Of a stretch of DNA of 64,000 nucleotides, positions 35,627 to 45,126 are shown piece by piece. This DNA is from Candidatus Omnitrophota bacterium (lineage in GTDB: Bacteria > Omnitrophota > Gorgyraeia > Duberdicusellales > 4484-171), in the NCBI GenBank assembly GCA_043820815.1, contig JBDRDJ010000025.1:22459-86458 (forward strand). Reading direction: 5' to 3'. Every line of letters begins with the position of its first letter. The first letter of the stretch is position 1. Under the pieces are notes generated by a model that had not been told where the DNA came from, searched no databases, and was given only the letters and a program-made list of their open reading frames with translations. The position numbers and the translations under genes are program-made.

Positions 35627-36124
35627 CTATTCAAATATTTTAATCAATATTTTTTCAAAACGTTCAACTATAAGTTTAGTAGCCTGTTGTACATCTTTTG
35701 CTTTTACGTCGATCCAGTGAATGTAGAGAAAGCCGTTATCCTTATCAATATCCACGCTTAGGGTTCCCGGAGTAAGGGTAATAGAATTAGCAAGGAAAGT
35801 AAGTGCAGTATCAGTCTTTAAATTTGTTTTTACCTTAACAATTCCCGGGTTAATCGGAAGCATTGGGTGAACGACACGCCAGGCAACATCAATATTTGCT
35901 TTAAAACATTCCCAGATAAAGACCGGTAAATAGCAAGTAAAGAAATACCAGTATCTCAAAGGATGCCTTAAGATATGTGGACGGTTTATGAATAAGTCAC
36001 CTGTAAGAAAAGCTGTTAAAGCCGCAGCAAATATACCAATTATTATATGCTGGATATCCGGCGGCCAGTTTAGGAGCAGCCAGGTTACATAAGCAACAAT
36101 AAATAACACTAATCTTCGTTTCAT
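35627..36124 (-). CDS. Mrp/Mnh antiporter subunit E-like (MbhA-type)
   Basis: ITLTPGTLSVDIDKDNGFLYIHWIDV motif. Confidence 0.7.
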   Translation of the reverse strand: MKRRLVLFIVAYVTWLLLNWPPDIQHIIIGIFAAALTAFLTGDLFINRPHILRHPLRYWYFFTCYLPVFIWECFKANIDVAWRVVHPMLPINPGIVKVKTNLKTDTALTFLANSITLTPGTLSVDIDKDNGFLYIHWIDVKAKDVQQATKLIVERFEKILIKIFE

Positions 36125-37623
36125 TTTAAACCCTTTGAGATAATCTGCTTATAATCACTACCGTCGTAAAGGACTTTCGCTGCTTTTTCAAGAAAAACTT
36201 CTTTAGCAGGCTTTATTAAAAGCAGGCCGCTTATCAAACACAGAAAGGCAAGCATAGTCATTGAAATTTTCATGAAAAAGGGAATCTTTTTAATCTGGGT
36301 TAATTTAGCTGATAGCTCGCCAAAGAACACATTCTTAAGGACTTTTAGATACATTGCTAAGGTCAGAATGCTAACCAACACCGCACATAACGCATATTGG
36401 TTGTGTCCTGCTTCTACACATGCGATTATAATAATTAATTTGCTAAAAAAACCTCCAAAAGGCGGAATTCCCGCTATAGACATCGAAGCGATTATGTTTG
36501 TATTCCTTGTTACCGGTAATTTCTCTGCCAAACCGCCCATCTGGCGCATATCTCTGGTACCTGTTGCGTATTCTACGGCGCCGGAATTAAGAAATAGAAG
36601 CGATTTAAACAATGAGTGGTTGAAAAGATGAAAAAGGCCGCCCATTATTCCCAAAGGTGTATTTAATCCAATACCTAAAACAATATAGCCAACCTGGCTT
36701 ATTGAAGAGTAGGCTAAAAGCCGCTTGAAATCCCATTGGCCTATGGCAAGTATCGCGCCTATTACCATGGATATTGCTCCTAAAAACATAAGTATTGAAG
36801 AAAAAGCAGAAGTCATTCCCAATACATTGTAGAAAATTCTGCAAATAGCATATATTCCAAGAGATTTTATCAATATTCCCGACAAAAGAGCCGATATCGG
36901 CGCCGGAGCCGAAGGGTGAGCATCAGGAAGCCAGGCATGAAAAGGGATGAGCGCTGATTTTAGGCCAAATCCCATAATAAAGATTGCGCTTACAAGAAGA
37001 ATTATTTTTGACGGGCCATTTTGACTTATTACAATTGCCATATCAGCCATATTAAGGGTTGAAGTGTAGCTGTATAAAAATACAATACCAAGCAGTATAA
37101 AAAGAGACGCCACCGTGCCCATTACCGCATATTTAAAAGCAGCTTCAAGTTCATGGCGTTCGGTTCCAAAAGCGACAAGAGCATAACTTGCAATTGAGGC
37201 AATTTCAAGGAAAACAAAAAGATTAAACAAATCCCCGGTTATAACAACACCATTCATTCCAGCCAGCATAAGCATAAAAAGAGTATAAAATTTCCATTTA
37301 GAGGTAAATTTCTTCATGTAATCAACAGAAAAAATAGAAACTAATAAAGCGACAAGGTTTATTACAATCAGCATAAAAGCGCTTAAGGAATCCAGCACAA
37401 AGGAAATCCCGTAGGGGGGTATCCAGCCGCCGATTTTATAAATTAGCGGGCTTTCAAGAGAAGAAAAGAATGCCGCGAATAATGAGCATACGAATAAAGA
37501 CAGTGCGGCTATATTTCCCGCAGCATCAGCAATACCTTTTACTTTCTTGCCTAAAAGTGAGATTAGAAATGCGGCAAATAAAGGTATAGCAACAAAAAAC
37601 GGCAAGATAGAAACAATATTCAT
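36121..37623 (-). CDS. Proton-conducting antiporter-like subunit (MrpD/NuoN/MbhH-like)
   Basis: 500-aa polytopic protein with FHAWLPDAH, LAYSSISQVGY and HSLFKSLLFL motifs. Confidence 0.8.
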   Translation of the reverse strand: MNIVSILPFFVAIPLFAAFLISLLGKKVKGIADAAGNIAALSLFVCSLFAAFFSSLESPLIYKIGGWIPPYGISFVLDSLSAFMLIVINLVALLVSIFSVDYMKKFTSKWKFYTLFMLMLAGMNGVVITGDLFNLFVFLEIASIASYALVAFGTERHELEAAFKYAVMGTVASLFILLGIVFLYSYTSTLNMADMAIVISQNGPSKIILLVSAIFIMGFGLKSALIPFHAWLPDAHPSAPAPISALLSGILIKSLGIYAICRIFYNVLGMTSAFSSILMFLGAISMVIGAILAIGQWDFKRLLAYSSISQVGYIVLGIGLNTPLGIMGGLFHLFNHSLFKSLLFLNSGAVEYATGTRDMRQMGGLAEKLPVTRNTNIIASMSIAGIPPFGGFFSKLIIIIACVEAGHNQYALCAVLVSILTLAMYLKVLKNVFFGELSAKLTQIKKIPFFMKISMTMLAFLCLISGLLLIKPAKEVFLEKAAKVLYDGSDYKQIISKGLK

Positions 37624-37958
37624 CCTCTAAGCTCCCGGATTTTGGTTATATCAAAAGTTCCGTACTTTTCGTATATTCTCATGGCAATTGCAATTAATAA
37701 GGCTGTTGAGGCAAGGCTTATTACAATTGAAGTAAGTACAACCGCCTGCGGCAGGGGATCAACCATTATTTTAATGTCGGAATCCAGAGAATGTATTGGT
37801 GAGCGCCCGCCTGTTTTATAACCGACAAGAATAAACAGTAAATTTACCGCATATTCAGCAATTACTATACCGACAATAATTTTAATTATATTACGCTTTC
37901 GTACAATACAGTAAAGTCCTGTGCAGAAAAGGCCCAGACATAACAGATACAGCGACAT
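37620..37958 (-). CDS. Mrp subunit C / NuoK-like (MbhG-type)
   Basis: 112-aa 3-TM protein in the expected position. IIVGIVIAEYAVNLLFIL and DPLPQAVVLTSIVI. Confidence 0.7.
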   Translation of the reverse strand: MSLYLLCLGLFCTGLYCIVRKRNIIKIIVGIVIAEYAVNLLFILVGYKTGGRSPIHSLDSDIKIMVDPLPQAVVLTSIVISLASTALLIAIAMRIYEKYGTFDITKIRELRG

Positions 37959-38407
37959 TATTTATCCTCCGTATCGAATTTTAATAAAATTAAGGCTGTA
38001 AAGATTGCAAATAACCCCGCCCCTACTTTAAGGCTGATTGCGATATTTGATAAAGGTATTGTTCCGGCGCTAAACAGCCTGAAAGGGCGGCCTAAGGGGA
38101 GGAAATTATAAAAGAAATAGCCTCCGGTTAAGCCGGCCAAAGCGATAGCTAAGAACATGAGCGCGCCGAAATTTTCGAAAAAAGATGTTCTTGACTTTGA
38201 AAGTTTATCAAGGGCTGCTTTCTTTCCGTAAGCAAGCATCAAATGTATAAATGAAAGTGCAATTATTACTCCTCCGGCGAATCCTCCCCCCGGGGAAATA
38301 TGGCCGTGAGAAAGGATATGGATTCCGTAAAGCAAAATTAAACCTACGGTAAGGCGGGTTATTGTCTTAACGATTACCGACATTCCTTCATCATGTTCTT
38401 TACTCAT
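37958..38407 (-). CDS. Mrp subunit B-like (MnhB domain; MbhF-type)
   Basis: GHISPGGGFAGGVIIA is the MnhB-domain signature. The start was set at the internal MSKEH (8-nt overlap with the upstream stop). The track ORF extends to 38464. Confidence 0.7.
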   Translation of the reverse strand: MSKEHDEGMSVIVKTITRLTVGLILLYGIHILSHGHISPGGGFAGGVIIALSFIHLMLAYGKKAALDKLSKSRTSFFENFGALMFLAIALAGLTGGYFFYNFLPLGRPFRLFSAGTIPLSNIAISLKVGAGLFAIFTALILLKFDTEDK

Positions 38408-38990
38408 CGTCTTCCTCTGATAAAAGCCCTTCTTCTTTTCTTCCTTTTTTGCGCACAAGCGCAAGGACGCCTATTACAGCCGTAAACAGAACTGTTGCTT
38501 CGCCTATGGTATCGTAGGCACGGTAATCAAGTATTACCGCGGAAACAAGATTTGCCGCGCCGGTTTGCCTAAAGTTTAGCTTACTGGAATCAATAGCTGC
38601 CGGGTTTTTTATAAATCCTTCCTCAAGGTATTTTTTGGATACTCTCATAATAGGTTTTCCAAACTGAGGTAAATCTGAAAGGGCTTTTGCGGATATGAAT
38701 AAAAATAAAATTATGAAACAAACAGCAATCGAAGTGTTTAGAAGCCATCTGCCGGTTGTTGAAAAAGGCAAATCTTTTTTTAAGGTAGCACGGATTAGTA
38801 TGATTAAACAGAGAATTTCAACAACTAACTGAGTGATTGCAACATCCGGTGCCTTCAGCAATAAAAACATTATAGACAGCGCAAGGCCGATTGCACCGAC
38901 AGCTATAACCGAAGACAAGAGATCCTTAACCTCAATAGCAATTATTGCTCCTGCGATCATAAATAAAATTAAAATGTGAAGTTCTAACAT
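38400..38990 (-). CDS. MbhD/MbhE-like membrane subunit (DUF4040 + MrpA-C-terminal-like region)
   Basis: APDVAITQLVVEI (DUF4040-like) and NLVSAVILDYRAYDTIGEATVLF motifs. Confidence 0.6.
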   Translation of the reverse strand: MLELHILILFMIAGAIIAIEVKDLLSSVIAVGAIGLALSIMFLLLKAPDVAITQLVVEILCLIILIRATLKKDLPFSTTGRWLLNTSIAVCFIILFLFISAKALSDLPQFGKPIMRVSKKYLEEGFIKNPAAIDSSKLNFRQTGAANLVSAVILDYRAYDTIGEATVLFTAVIGVLALVRKKGRKEEGLLSEEDDE

Positions 38991-39041
38991 AGCACTGACA
39001 GCCTTTTAAAAAATAATAAAAAGTAATATACCTAATACAAG

Positions 39042-40652
39042 TTAACACCAGGCAAGATATGTAGGTAATATACCGTTATGTAAGTGCCCGAATATTCTGT
39101 TTCCGGCAAGTATTAAATTCTTTAATACTGCATAGATATCAAAAAGTTTAATTTTGGCTGCGCTGTAAATAACTTTTATAAACGGAAGATCTTTAACTGT
39201 ATCATAGAAAGATACTCCCGATATTTTCATGCCGGGATGCTGTTTGGCATCTTCACCTCCGACAAAAATATCAGTCTGGCGCATTTTCTGAAATGATCCC
39301 ATTAGATAAATGACGAATCCAACCGCAACGCCCGCAATCAACAGCAATGTCGCAAGGCTCGCATTCCACATTCCGGCAAAAGTTACGTCTTTGTCTATGG
39401 TTGAGAAGATGAACAGCCCTAAGGGAATACGGTATGCAAAAACACCAAAAACAACACATAAAACAGCAAGAATTACATTAGGCAGCCACATTTGGACAGA
39501 AACTTCTTGGGGTTGAGAAACTTCAGAAGTTGAACCGTTTATTTTTGTAGGTTGGCCTAAAAATACAGCGTGAATTAATTTCATAAAGCTTGCCAGAGTA
39601 AGTGCGCTTCCAAAAAGTGCGGCAACAAGCCATAAAACCCAAAGCCCCGATGAGCCCCTAGAAGTTTCAATGACCCCTTGATATATCATCCATTTTGATG
39701 CAAAACCGTTTAAAGGAGGGATTCCTGATATGGCCAGCGATGCAATTAAGAAACACGCAAATGTTATCGGCATAAATTTAGCAATGCCGCCAAGCTTATC
39801 GAGGTCGGTAGTTGATGTCTTTTTTTGGACTGACCCGGCAGAAAGGAATAATGAATATTTGTAAATAGCGTTATTAAGCATATGAAAAAGCCCCCCGGCA
39901 ATTCCTATGGGGGTTAAGGTTGCAATTCCAAGAACCATATAGCCAGCCTGGCTTACAGCATGGTATCCAAGGAGCCGTTTCATGTCATGCTGGATTAAAG
40001 CCATCATTACAGCGGCGATAATTGTAAAACTCCCTATTGCCATCATGAATGTGCTCATCTTTGCATCTAAAACAAACAAATCTATGGTTATGCGCGTAAA
40101 GAAATAAATTCCGATTAGTTTATCAAGGCACGCCGGAAGGTAAGCGGCAACCGGTATGGGTGCATCCTCTGCCGCATCAGGAACCCATGTGTGAAAAGGC
40201 ATAACTCCTGCTTTGGCAAATGCGCCTGCCGCAAGGCATAGGTATGCCCAAACCGCAAGCTTCGAATTAAGTAATATGCCCGGTTGGCTTAAGGAAAGGT
40301 CGCGTGTTAATTTCCATATAAGGGCAAGCCCCATGATCATGATAGCGTCAGTGCCGCCTACAATAATAAAGGTTTTTTTAGCGGTTTTAAGGGCAGCGGG
40401 ATTTTGATCAAAGCCGATTAAAAGGTAAAGCAACAGGCCTAAGAATCCCCAGAAAACCATCAATACAAGAAGATTACCTGCAAACACCGCTCCCAGCGAA
40501 ACAATTAAAGTAGCAAAAATATAAATAAAAAAACCAACAAGCCTTTTAGATTGCTGCATAAACCCTAATGAATAAACTGCAATAAATACAGTAAAAAGGC
40601 ATATAAAGAATCCCACAAACGCCGATAGGCTATCAATAGAAAAATAATGCAT
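39042..40652 (-). CDS. Proton-conducting antiporter-like subunit (MrpA/NuoL-like)
   Basis: 536-aa polytopic protein with FHTWVPDAAE, LGYHAVSQAGYM and HMLNNAIYKYSLFL. Confidence 0.8.
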   Translation of the reverse strand: MHYFSIDSLSAFVGFFICLFTVFIAVYSLGFMQQSKRLVGFFIYIFATLIVSLGAVFAGNLLVLMVFWGFLGLLLYLLIGFDQNPAALKTAKKTFIIVGGTDAIMIMGLALIWKLTRDLSLSQPGILLNSKLAVWAYLCLAAGAFAKAGVMPFHTWVPDAAEDAPIPVAAYLPACLDKLIGIYFFTRITIDLFVLDAKMSTFMMAIGSFTIIAAVMMALIQHDMKRLLGYHAVSQAGYMVLGIATLTPIGIAGGLFHMLNNAIYKYSLFLSAGSVQKKTSTTDLDKLGGIAKFMPITFACFLIASLAISGIPPLNGFASKWMIYQGVIETSRGSSGLWVLWLVAALFGSALTLASFMKLIHAVFLGQPTKINGSTSEVSQPQEVSVQMWLPNVILAVLCVVFGVFAYRIPLGLFIFSTIDKDVTFAGMWNASLATLLLIAGVAVGFVIYLMGSFQKMRQTDIFVGGEDAKQHPGMKISGVSFYDTVKDLPFIKVIYSAAKIKLFDIYAVLKNLILAGNRIFGHLHNGILPTYLAWC

Positions 40653-40654
40653 TG

Positions 40655-41839
40655 CTATGTTTTGAACCTTCTTCGAATCTTTTCCGTTTTTTCCTGAGAT
40701 AATTTAACTAAATCCTGGCCGTTGTAAAGTTTCTTTCCCTTTTCGTCGCGCACTGCTATTCTTTCAGTACAGCAATAACAGGGGTCAATCGCCGCAAGAA
40801 TTATTGTCGCGTCGGAAATTGTCTCGCCAATAACAGTGGATTTATATGTAGGTAAATTCATAAAAGTAGGGGCCCTGACTTTATGCCTTGCCGGCCGGTT
40901 AGTGCCGTCGCTTCTAACATAATGAAAAGTTTCGCCCCGCGGGGCTTCTATATGGCCGATGCCTTCACCCGGAGGTATATCGGTTATGTTTGCATCAATC
41001 TCGCCTTTTGGGAGGCTCTTAAGGCAGTATTTAATTATCTTGATTGATTCAAAAGTTTCCAATATTCTTACTACGGCTTTGTCAAACACATCGCCGTTAT
41101 TCGTTACAATCATCTCCCAGTCCATCTGATCATACGCACCGTAGGGGCAGTCTTTTCTTAAGTCTCTGGCAATTCCTGACGCGCGTGAAGTTGGGCCTAA
41201 GGCGCAGTAGCTTATCGATTCTTCTTTGGTAAGTATTCCGATTCCCTTTGTCCGTGCGTGCAAAACAGGATCGTCGAGGACGGCTTTTTTAAGCATTGTA
41301 AGTGCAGGCACAATAGAGTCAATCTTTTTTAACACGCCGGGTATGTCATCCGCTGATATATCTCGGCGTACCCCCCCCGGTTTAAACATCGCATAATTAT
41401 TTCGATTGCCTGAGAGGACTTCCATTACATCAAGTATTTCCTCCCGGAGTTTCCACGCCCACATAAATACTGTGTTATAGCCTAAAAAATGGCCTGCCAA
41501 GCCAAGCCAAAGTAAATGAGAGTGAATGCGTTCGCCTTCAGCAATTATTGTGCGTATATATTTTGCTCGCAGTGGAACTTCTATGGGGATTATGTCTTCA
41601 ACCGCGCGGGTATAAGCAAAGGGATGGCTTGTCGAACATATCCCGCAAATGCGCTCAATAACGAATGTTGACTGGTCAAAAGTCTTGCTTTCAGAAAGTT
41701 TCTCTATGCCGCGGTGATTATAGCCAATTGAGACATCAATATCCACAACTTTTTCCCCCTCAACAGTAAGTGTGAAAAACTCCGGTTCTTCCTGCAAGGG
41801 GTGGTATGGGCCAATCGGAACTATTGTCTTTTTCGCCAT
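40655..41839 (-). CDS. Group-4 [NiFe] hydrogenase large subunit (MbhL/EchE/HycE-type, NuoD-like)
   Basis: N-terminal RICGICSTSH and C-terminal DPCYCCTER Ni-binding Cys pairs. A 34-aa tail after CCTER is consistent with endopeptidase processing. Confidence 0.9.
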   Translation of the reverse strand: MAKKTIVPIGPYHPLQEEPEFFTLTVEGEKVVDIDVSIGYNHRGIEKLSESKTFDQSTFVIERICGICSTSHPFAYTRAVEDIIPIEVPLRAKYIRTIIAEGERIHSHLLWLGLAGHFLGYNTVFMWAWKLREEILDVMEVLSGNRNNYAMFKPGGVRRDISADDIPGVLKKIDSIVPALTMLKKAVLDDPVLHARTKGIGILTKEESISYCALGPTSRASGIARDLRKDCPYGAYDQMDWEMIVTNNGDVFDKAVVRILETFESIKIIKYCLKSLPKGEIDANITDIPPGEGIGHIEAPRGETFHYVRSDGTNRPARHKVRAPTFMNLPTYKSTVIGETISDATIILAAIDPCYCCTERIAVRDEKGKKLYNGQDLVKLSQEKTEKIRRRFKT

Positions 41840-41890
41840 CTTTTTACTTTTTCTTCAGGCCATAAGCCATTTGCAATTTGTCATTGGTCA

Positions 41891-42400
41891 TTAAACACCT
41901 CTATCTCTTATCGCACCGTTATCCCACTCCTGATAATCACGGCGTAAAGGATAAAGCCCTTCTGGCCATTCATCGGGTAAAAGGAGCCTGCGTAAATCAG
42001 GGTGGCCTATGAAATTTACGCCTAAGAGTTCATGGATTTCTCTTTCTATCCAGTTTGATCCTTTAAAAACTCTGGTTAAGGAATCAATCTCTAATTTATC
42101 TTTTGCGAGAACGGCTCGAAGCGAAATAACTAAATTAATTTCTTCTATTGTAAAATGGTAAAGAATTTCAATTGTGTGCGGACAGTCAACGCCCGAGGCA
42201 ATATTAAACCTTGCGCCCAGGCCGTTAAAAATATACGTAGCTATCTTAACCAGGCCTTGGGATTTTATTTCAAAATAAACGCGTGTTTGTGATTTGTCTA
42301 TAGTGTTAACAATCGAATCCTTGAAACGCGTTTGTAGATCTTGTAAAATTTCTTCTTTGTTCATTTTGAGAATTTTATTTACCTGTTTTAACTTTTTCAA
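41891..42400 (-). CDS. NuoC/MbhK-like hydrogenase subunit
   Basis: NWIEREIHELLGVNFIGHPDLRRLLL motif. The start may be the internal MNKEEIL at 42364. Confidence 0.8.
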   Translation of the reverse strand: MKKLKQVNKILKMNKEEILQDLQTRFKDSIVNTIDKSQTRVYFEIKSQGLVKIATYIFNGLGARFNIASGVDCPHTIEILYHFTIEEINLVISLRAVLAKDKLEIDSLTRVFKGSNWIEREIHELLGVNFIGHPDLRRLLLPDEWPEGLYPLRRDYQEWDNGAIRDRGV

Positions 42401-42800
42401 TAAGTTTAACCACCCCTGCTATTATAGCTTCAGGTTTAGGGGGGCAACCCGGGATGTAAACATCCACGGGAATTATTTTATCAACAGGAACCGGGCAATT
42501 ATAGCTGTGTATGAACATTCCCCTTGATAAAGAACATTCCCCAATTGCAACGACTAAGCACGGTTTAGGCATCTGGGTGTAGACATTTTTTATCCTGGGT
42601 ATGCATTTTCTGTTTGCCGAACCGGTTACAAGAAGGACATCGGCATGTTTAATGCTTCCGGCTAAAAGCATGCCGAATCTTTCTATATCAAACCTCGGCG
42701 TTAAACAGTCGAGGATTTCAATATCACAGTTGTTACAGCTTCCGGTTGAGAGATGAAATACCCATGGTGATTTAAGAAGCGCCTTTAGTTTTATATTCAT
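42375..42800 (-). CDS. Group-4 [NiFe] hydrogenase small subunit (NuoB/MbhJ-like)
   Basis: GSCNNCDIE, GECS and PGCPPKPE cluster-binding motifs. Confidence 0.85.
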   Translation of the reverse strand: MNIKLKALLKSPWVFHLSTGSCNNCDIEILDCLTPRFDIERFGMLLAGSIKHADVLLVTGSANRKCIPRIKNVYTQMPKPCLVVAIGECSLSRGMFIHSYNCPVPVDKIIPVDVYIPGCPPKPEAIIAGVVKLIEKVKTGK

Positions 42801-42821
42801 ATAAATCTAAATATAAGTTTT

Positions 42822-43745
42822 TTATTTTCCAAGCAAAGCTAAAAAAACCGCAAACAGGGATATCAACGTCATCGGCCCCCAGAAAAAACGCATTGCCTGG
42901 TCTATTCTAACACGGGGGTTTGTATTGCGTATAACTGTTACTAATGCAACCAGGCCGACATATTTAAGAGGAATAAAAAAAATCTTATAACCGTTAAAAC
43001 TAAATCCTCCCAAAAGTAAAATAATTACGAGCAATGGCAGAGCAACAAGAAGCATATATTTCATCAGCCTGTAAATTGCAAGGCCTCCTCCGGAATATTC
43101 TATCAACGGGCCGCTTACAATTTCTGTTTCTGCTTCAGGAATATCAAAAGGCACAAGCGCTAATTTAGCCTGGACACACATAATAACAACTATTAATGCT
43201 AAGAAACCGGAAAGGCTTAAGGCAAAAGCGCCATTTGTAACCTGATAAAACACTATATCACCCAAACGCAGTGAAAAACCGGATTTAATTATCGGCACGC
43301 AAACAGCCAGCACAAACGGCAGTTCGTAGCTTAAAACGAGTTTCATTTCTCGAGAGGCACCAAGGCTTGCAAGGGGATTTTTCGATGCAAAGCCGCCTAA
43401 AATAATACTTATTGAAGGAATAAGCAATAAATACATAATCACAAAAATATCGCCTAAGAATGATTTAAAGGGGTTAAATAATGTAAGCCATAGAACCGTT
43501 GAAACAACGGCAACTGACGCTAGGCCGATAAGAGGGGCGCCGAAGAACACTGTTTTATCGGCTCCGTAAGGCATAAGAGTTTCTTTGCCAAGAAGCTTAA
43601 TGATATCTAAGGCCGGCTGAAGCAAGGGCGGCCCAACGCGGTACTGGAGGCGGGCGGTAACTTTTCTATCAATCCAGCTCGCCAGGATTCCTACCATGCC
43701 GGTTAAAATAAACCCGAAAACAATTAAATAAAATATATAAATCAT
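42822..43745 (-). CDS. NuoH/HycD/MbhM-like membrane subunit
   Basis: DRKVTARLQYRVGPP motif. 307-aa, 8-TM protein. Confidence 0.8.
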   Translation of the reverse strand: MIYIFYLIVFGFILTGMVGILASWIDRKVTARLQYRVGPPLLQPALDIIKLLGKETLMPYGADKTVFFGAPLIGLASVAVVSTVLWLTLFNPFKSFLGDIFVIMYLLLIPSISIILGGFASKNPLASLGASREMKLVLSYELPFVLAVCVPIIKSGFSLRLGDIVFYQVTNGAFALSLSGFLALIVVIMCVQAKLALVPFDIPEAETEIVSGPLIEYSGGGLAIYRLMKYMLLVALPLLVIILLLGGFSFNGYKIFFIPLKYVGLVALVTVIRNTNPRVRIDQAMRFFWGPMTLISLFAVFLALLGK

Positions 43746-44299
43746 GCTTTATCAAATTGCCAATGCGTTGAATGAACAATTATACTATCCCCCACAAGAA
43801 AAGAGTGCTCATCTAATTCTATATCTCCGCTTTTAAGGCTAAGGGCACCATGGGGACATGATGAAATGCAAAGAGGCTCGTTGGCGCTGCTTCTTCTGTT
43901 AAGACAGAAATCGCAATTATGAATAAAAAGCGGAACATGTTCCGGATAAATCGTTCCATAAGGGCAGGCGTGAGAGCATGATTTACAGCTAATACAGCGC
44001 ATGTTGTGGCGGATAAGGAGTTTACCTTTCTCTGATTGCTGCTCTAACGCTTCCTTAGGACAGGAATTAACGCAATGCGGTTCTTCGCATTTTCTGCATA
44101 CTAAGGCATATGTTGCCAGTTCGCAAACAGACACAATGCCATTGTTGTCAGGATGGTAGTAATAGCTGCATTTGACTACACAATCCTTGCATTGCCCCGC
44201 AGAACAAATATCTAAATCAACGAATAGCCGCTTATCGCTCGCCCCCTTCGGGTTAATATTCAGTTTACCTTGATGCAGCTGTTGTGCGCTTGTGTCCAT
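43742..44299 (-). CDS. Poly-ferredoxin-like 4Fe-4S protein (HycB/DmsB-like)
   Basis: CRKCEEPHCVNSCP, CISCKSCSHACPYG, and CDFC...CISSCP motifs. Confidence 0.7.
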   Translation of the reverse strand: MDTSAQQLHQGKLNINPKGASDKRLFVDLDICSAGQCKDCVVKCSYYYHPDNNGIVSVCELATYALVCRKCEEPHCVNSCPKEALEQQSEKGKLLIRHNMRCISCKSCSHACPYGTIYPEHVPLFIHNCDFCLNRRSSANEPLCISSCPHGALSLKSGDIELDEHSFLVGDSIIVHSTHWQFDKA

Positions 44300-44302
44300 T
44301 TT

Positions 44303-45118
44303 TTAATCCCAGATGTCCGGGAAGTTCTTAATTTGTTTGTAAGTAAAAACCGGGCCGTCTTTGCATGCGTAATAAGTCCCAAGCCGGCAATGCCCGCATT
44401 TACCAATGCCGCAGGACATATTCTTTTCCATTGAGAGATACATATTATCTTCTTGAAATCCCATATCAAGGAGCTTTTTTGTTGCAAACTTCATCATGAC
44501 TGGAGGCCCGCAGACAATCGCGATACCTTTTGAATAATTCATTTTTACGTCATCAATTATGGTTGTGACTACGCCGACATTTCCCTTCCAATCAGCTCCG
44601 GCCTTATCCACGGTTAGTTTTATATTAAGGTCTTTTCTCTTTTTCCATTCCTCCATTTCGCTTTGGTAAACGAGTTCTTTAGGCGTTTTACATCCTCCGC
44701 GAAAGTAAAGTTTCTTAAATTGTCCCTTTCTTTCAAAGAATTCATACATCAGGCTTCTTAAAGGAGCGAATCCGCAGCCTCCGCCGACAACTAAAATTTC
44801 TTTATCGCGAAAGTCATCCACAGGATAGCCCTTACCTAATGGCCCCCGCACGCCTATCTTGTCGCCTTTTTTCAGCTCGTAGATTTTCTCGGTTACCTTA
44901 CCGGCCTTCATAACCGTCACTTCCATTATATCCTTAACTGAAGGTTTTGAGGATGGAGTGAAGGGGGCTTCTCCTACTCCCGGTATGGTTAGCTCGATGA
45001 ATTGTCCGGTTTCGAAAGCTATTGGTTCTCGGGGTTTAAAACGTATGGTTATTATCGTAGGTGTCTCTAAAATCGTTTCGATGACCTCTGCTTCTATAGG
45101 GCGATAGGGATTTTTCAT
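44303..45118 (-). CDS. FAD/NAD(P)-binding 2Fe-2S oxidoreductase subunit (AsrB / sulfhydrogenase gamma / PyrK-like)
   Basis: FNR-like N-terminus, GGGCGFAPLRSL nucleotide-binding motif, and C-terminal CGIGKCGHCRLG. Confidence 0.75.
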   Translation of the reverse strand: MKNPYRPIEAEVIETILETPTIITIRFKPREPIAFETGQFIELTIPGVGEAPFTPSSKPSVKDIMEVTVMKAGKVTEKIYELKKGDKIGVRGPLGKGYPVDDFRDKEILVVGGGCGFAPLRSLMYEFFERKGQFKKLYFRGGCKTPKELVYQSEMEEWKKRKDLNIKLTVDKAGADWKGNVGVVTTIIDDVKMNYSKGIAIVCGPPVMMKFATKKLLDMGFQEDNMYLSMEKNMSCGIGKCGHCRLGTYYACKDGPVFTYKQIKNFPDIWD

Positions 45119-45126
45119 AACGCTTT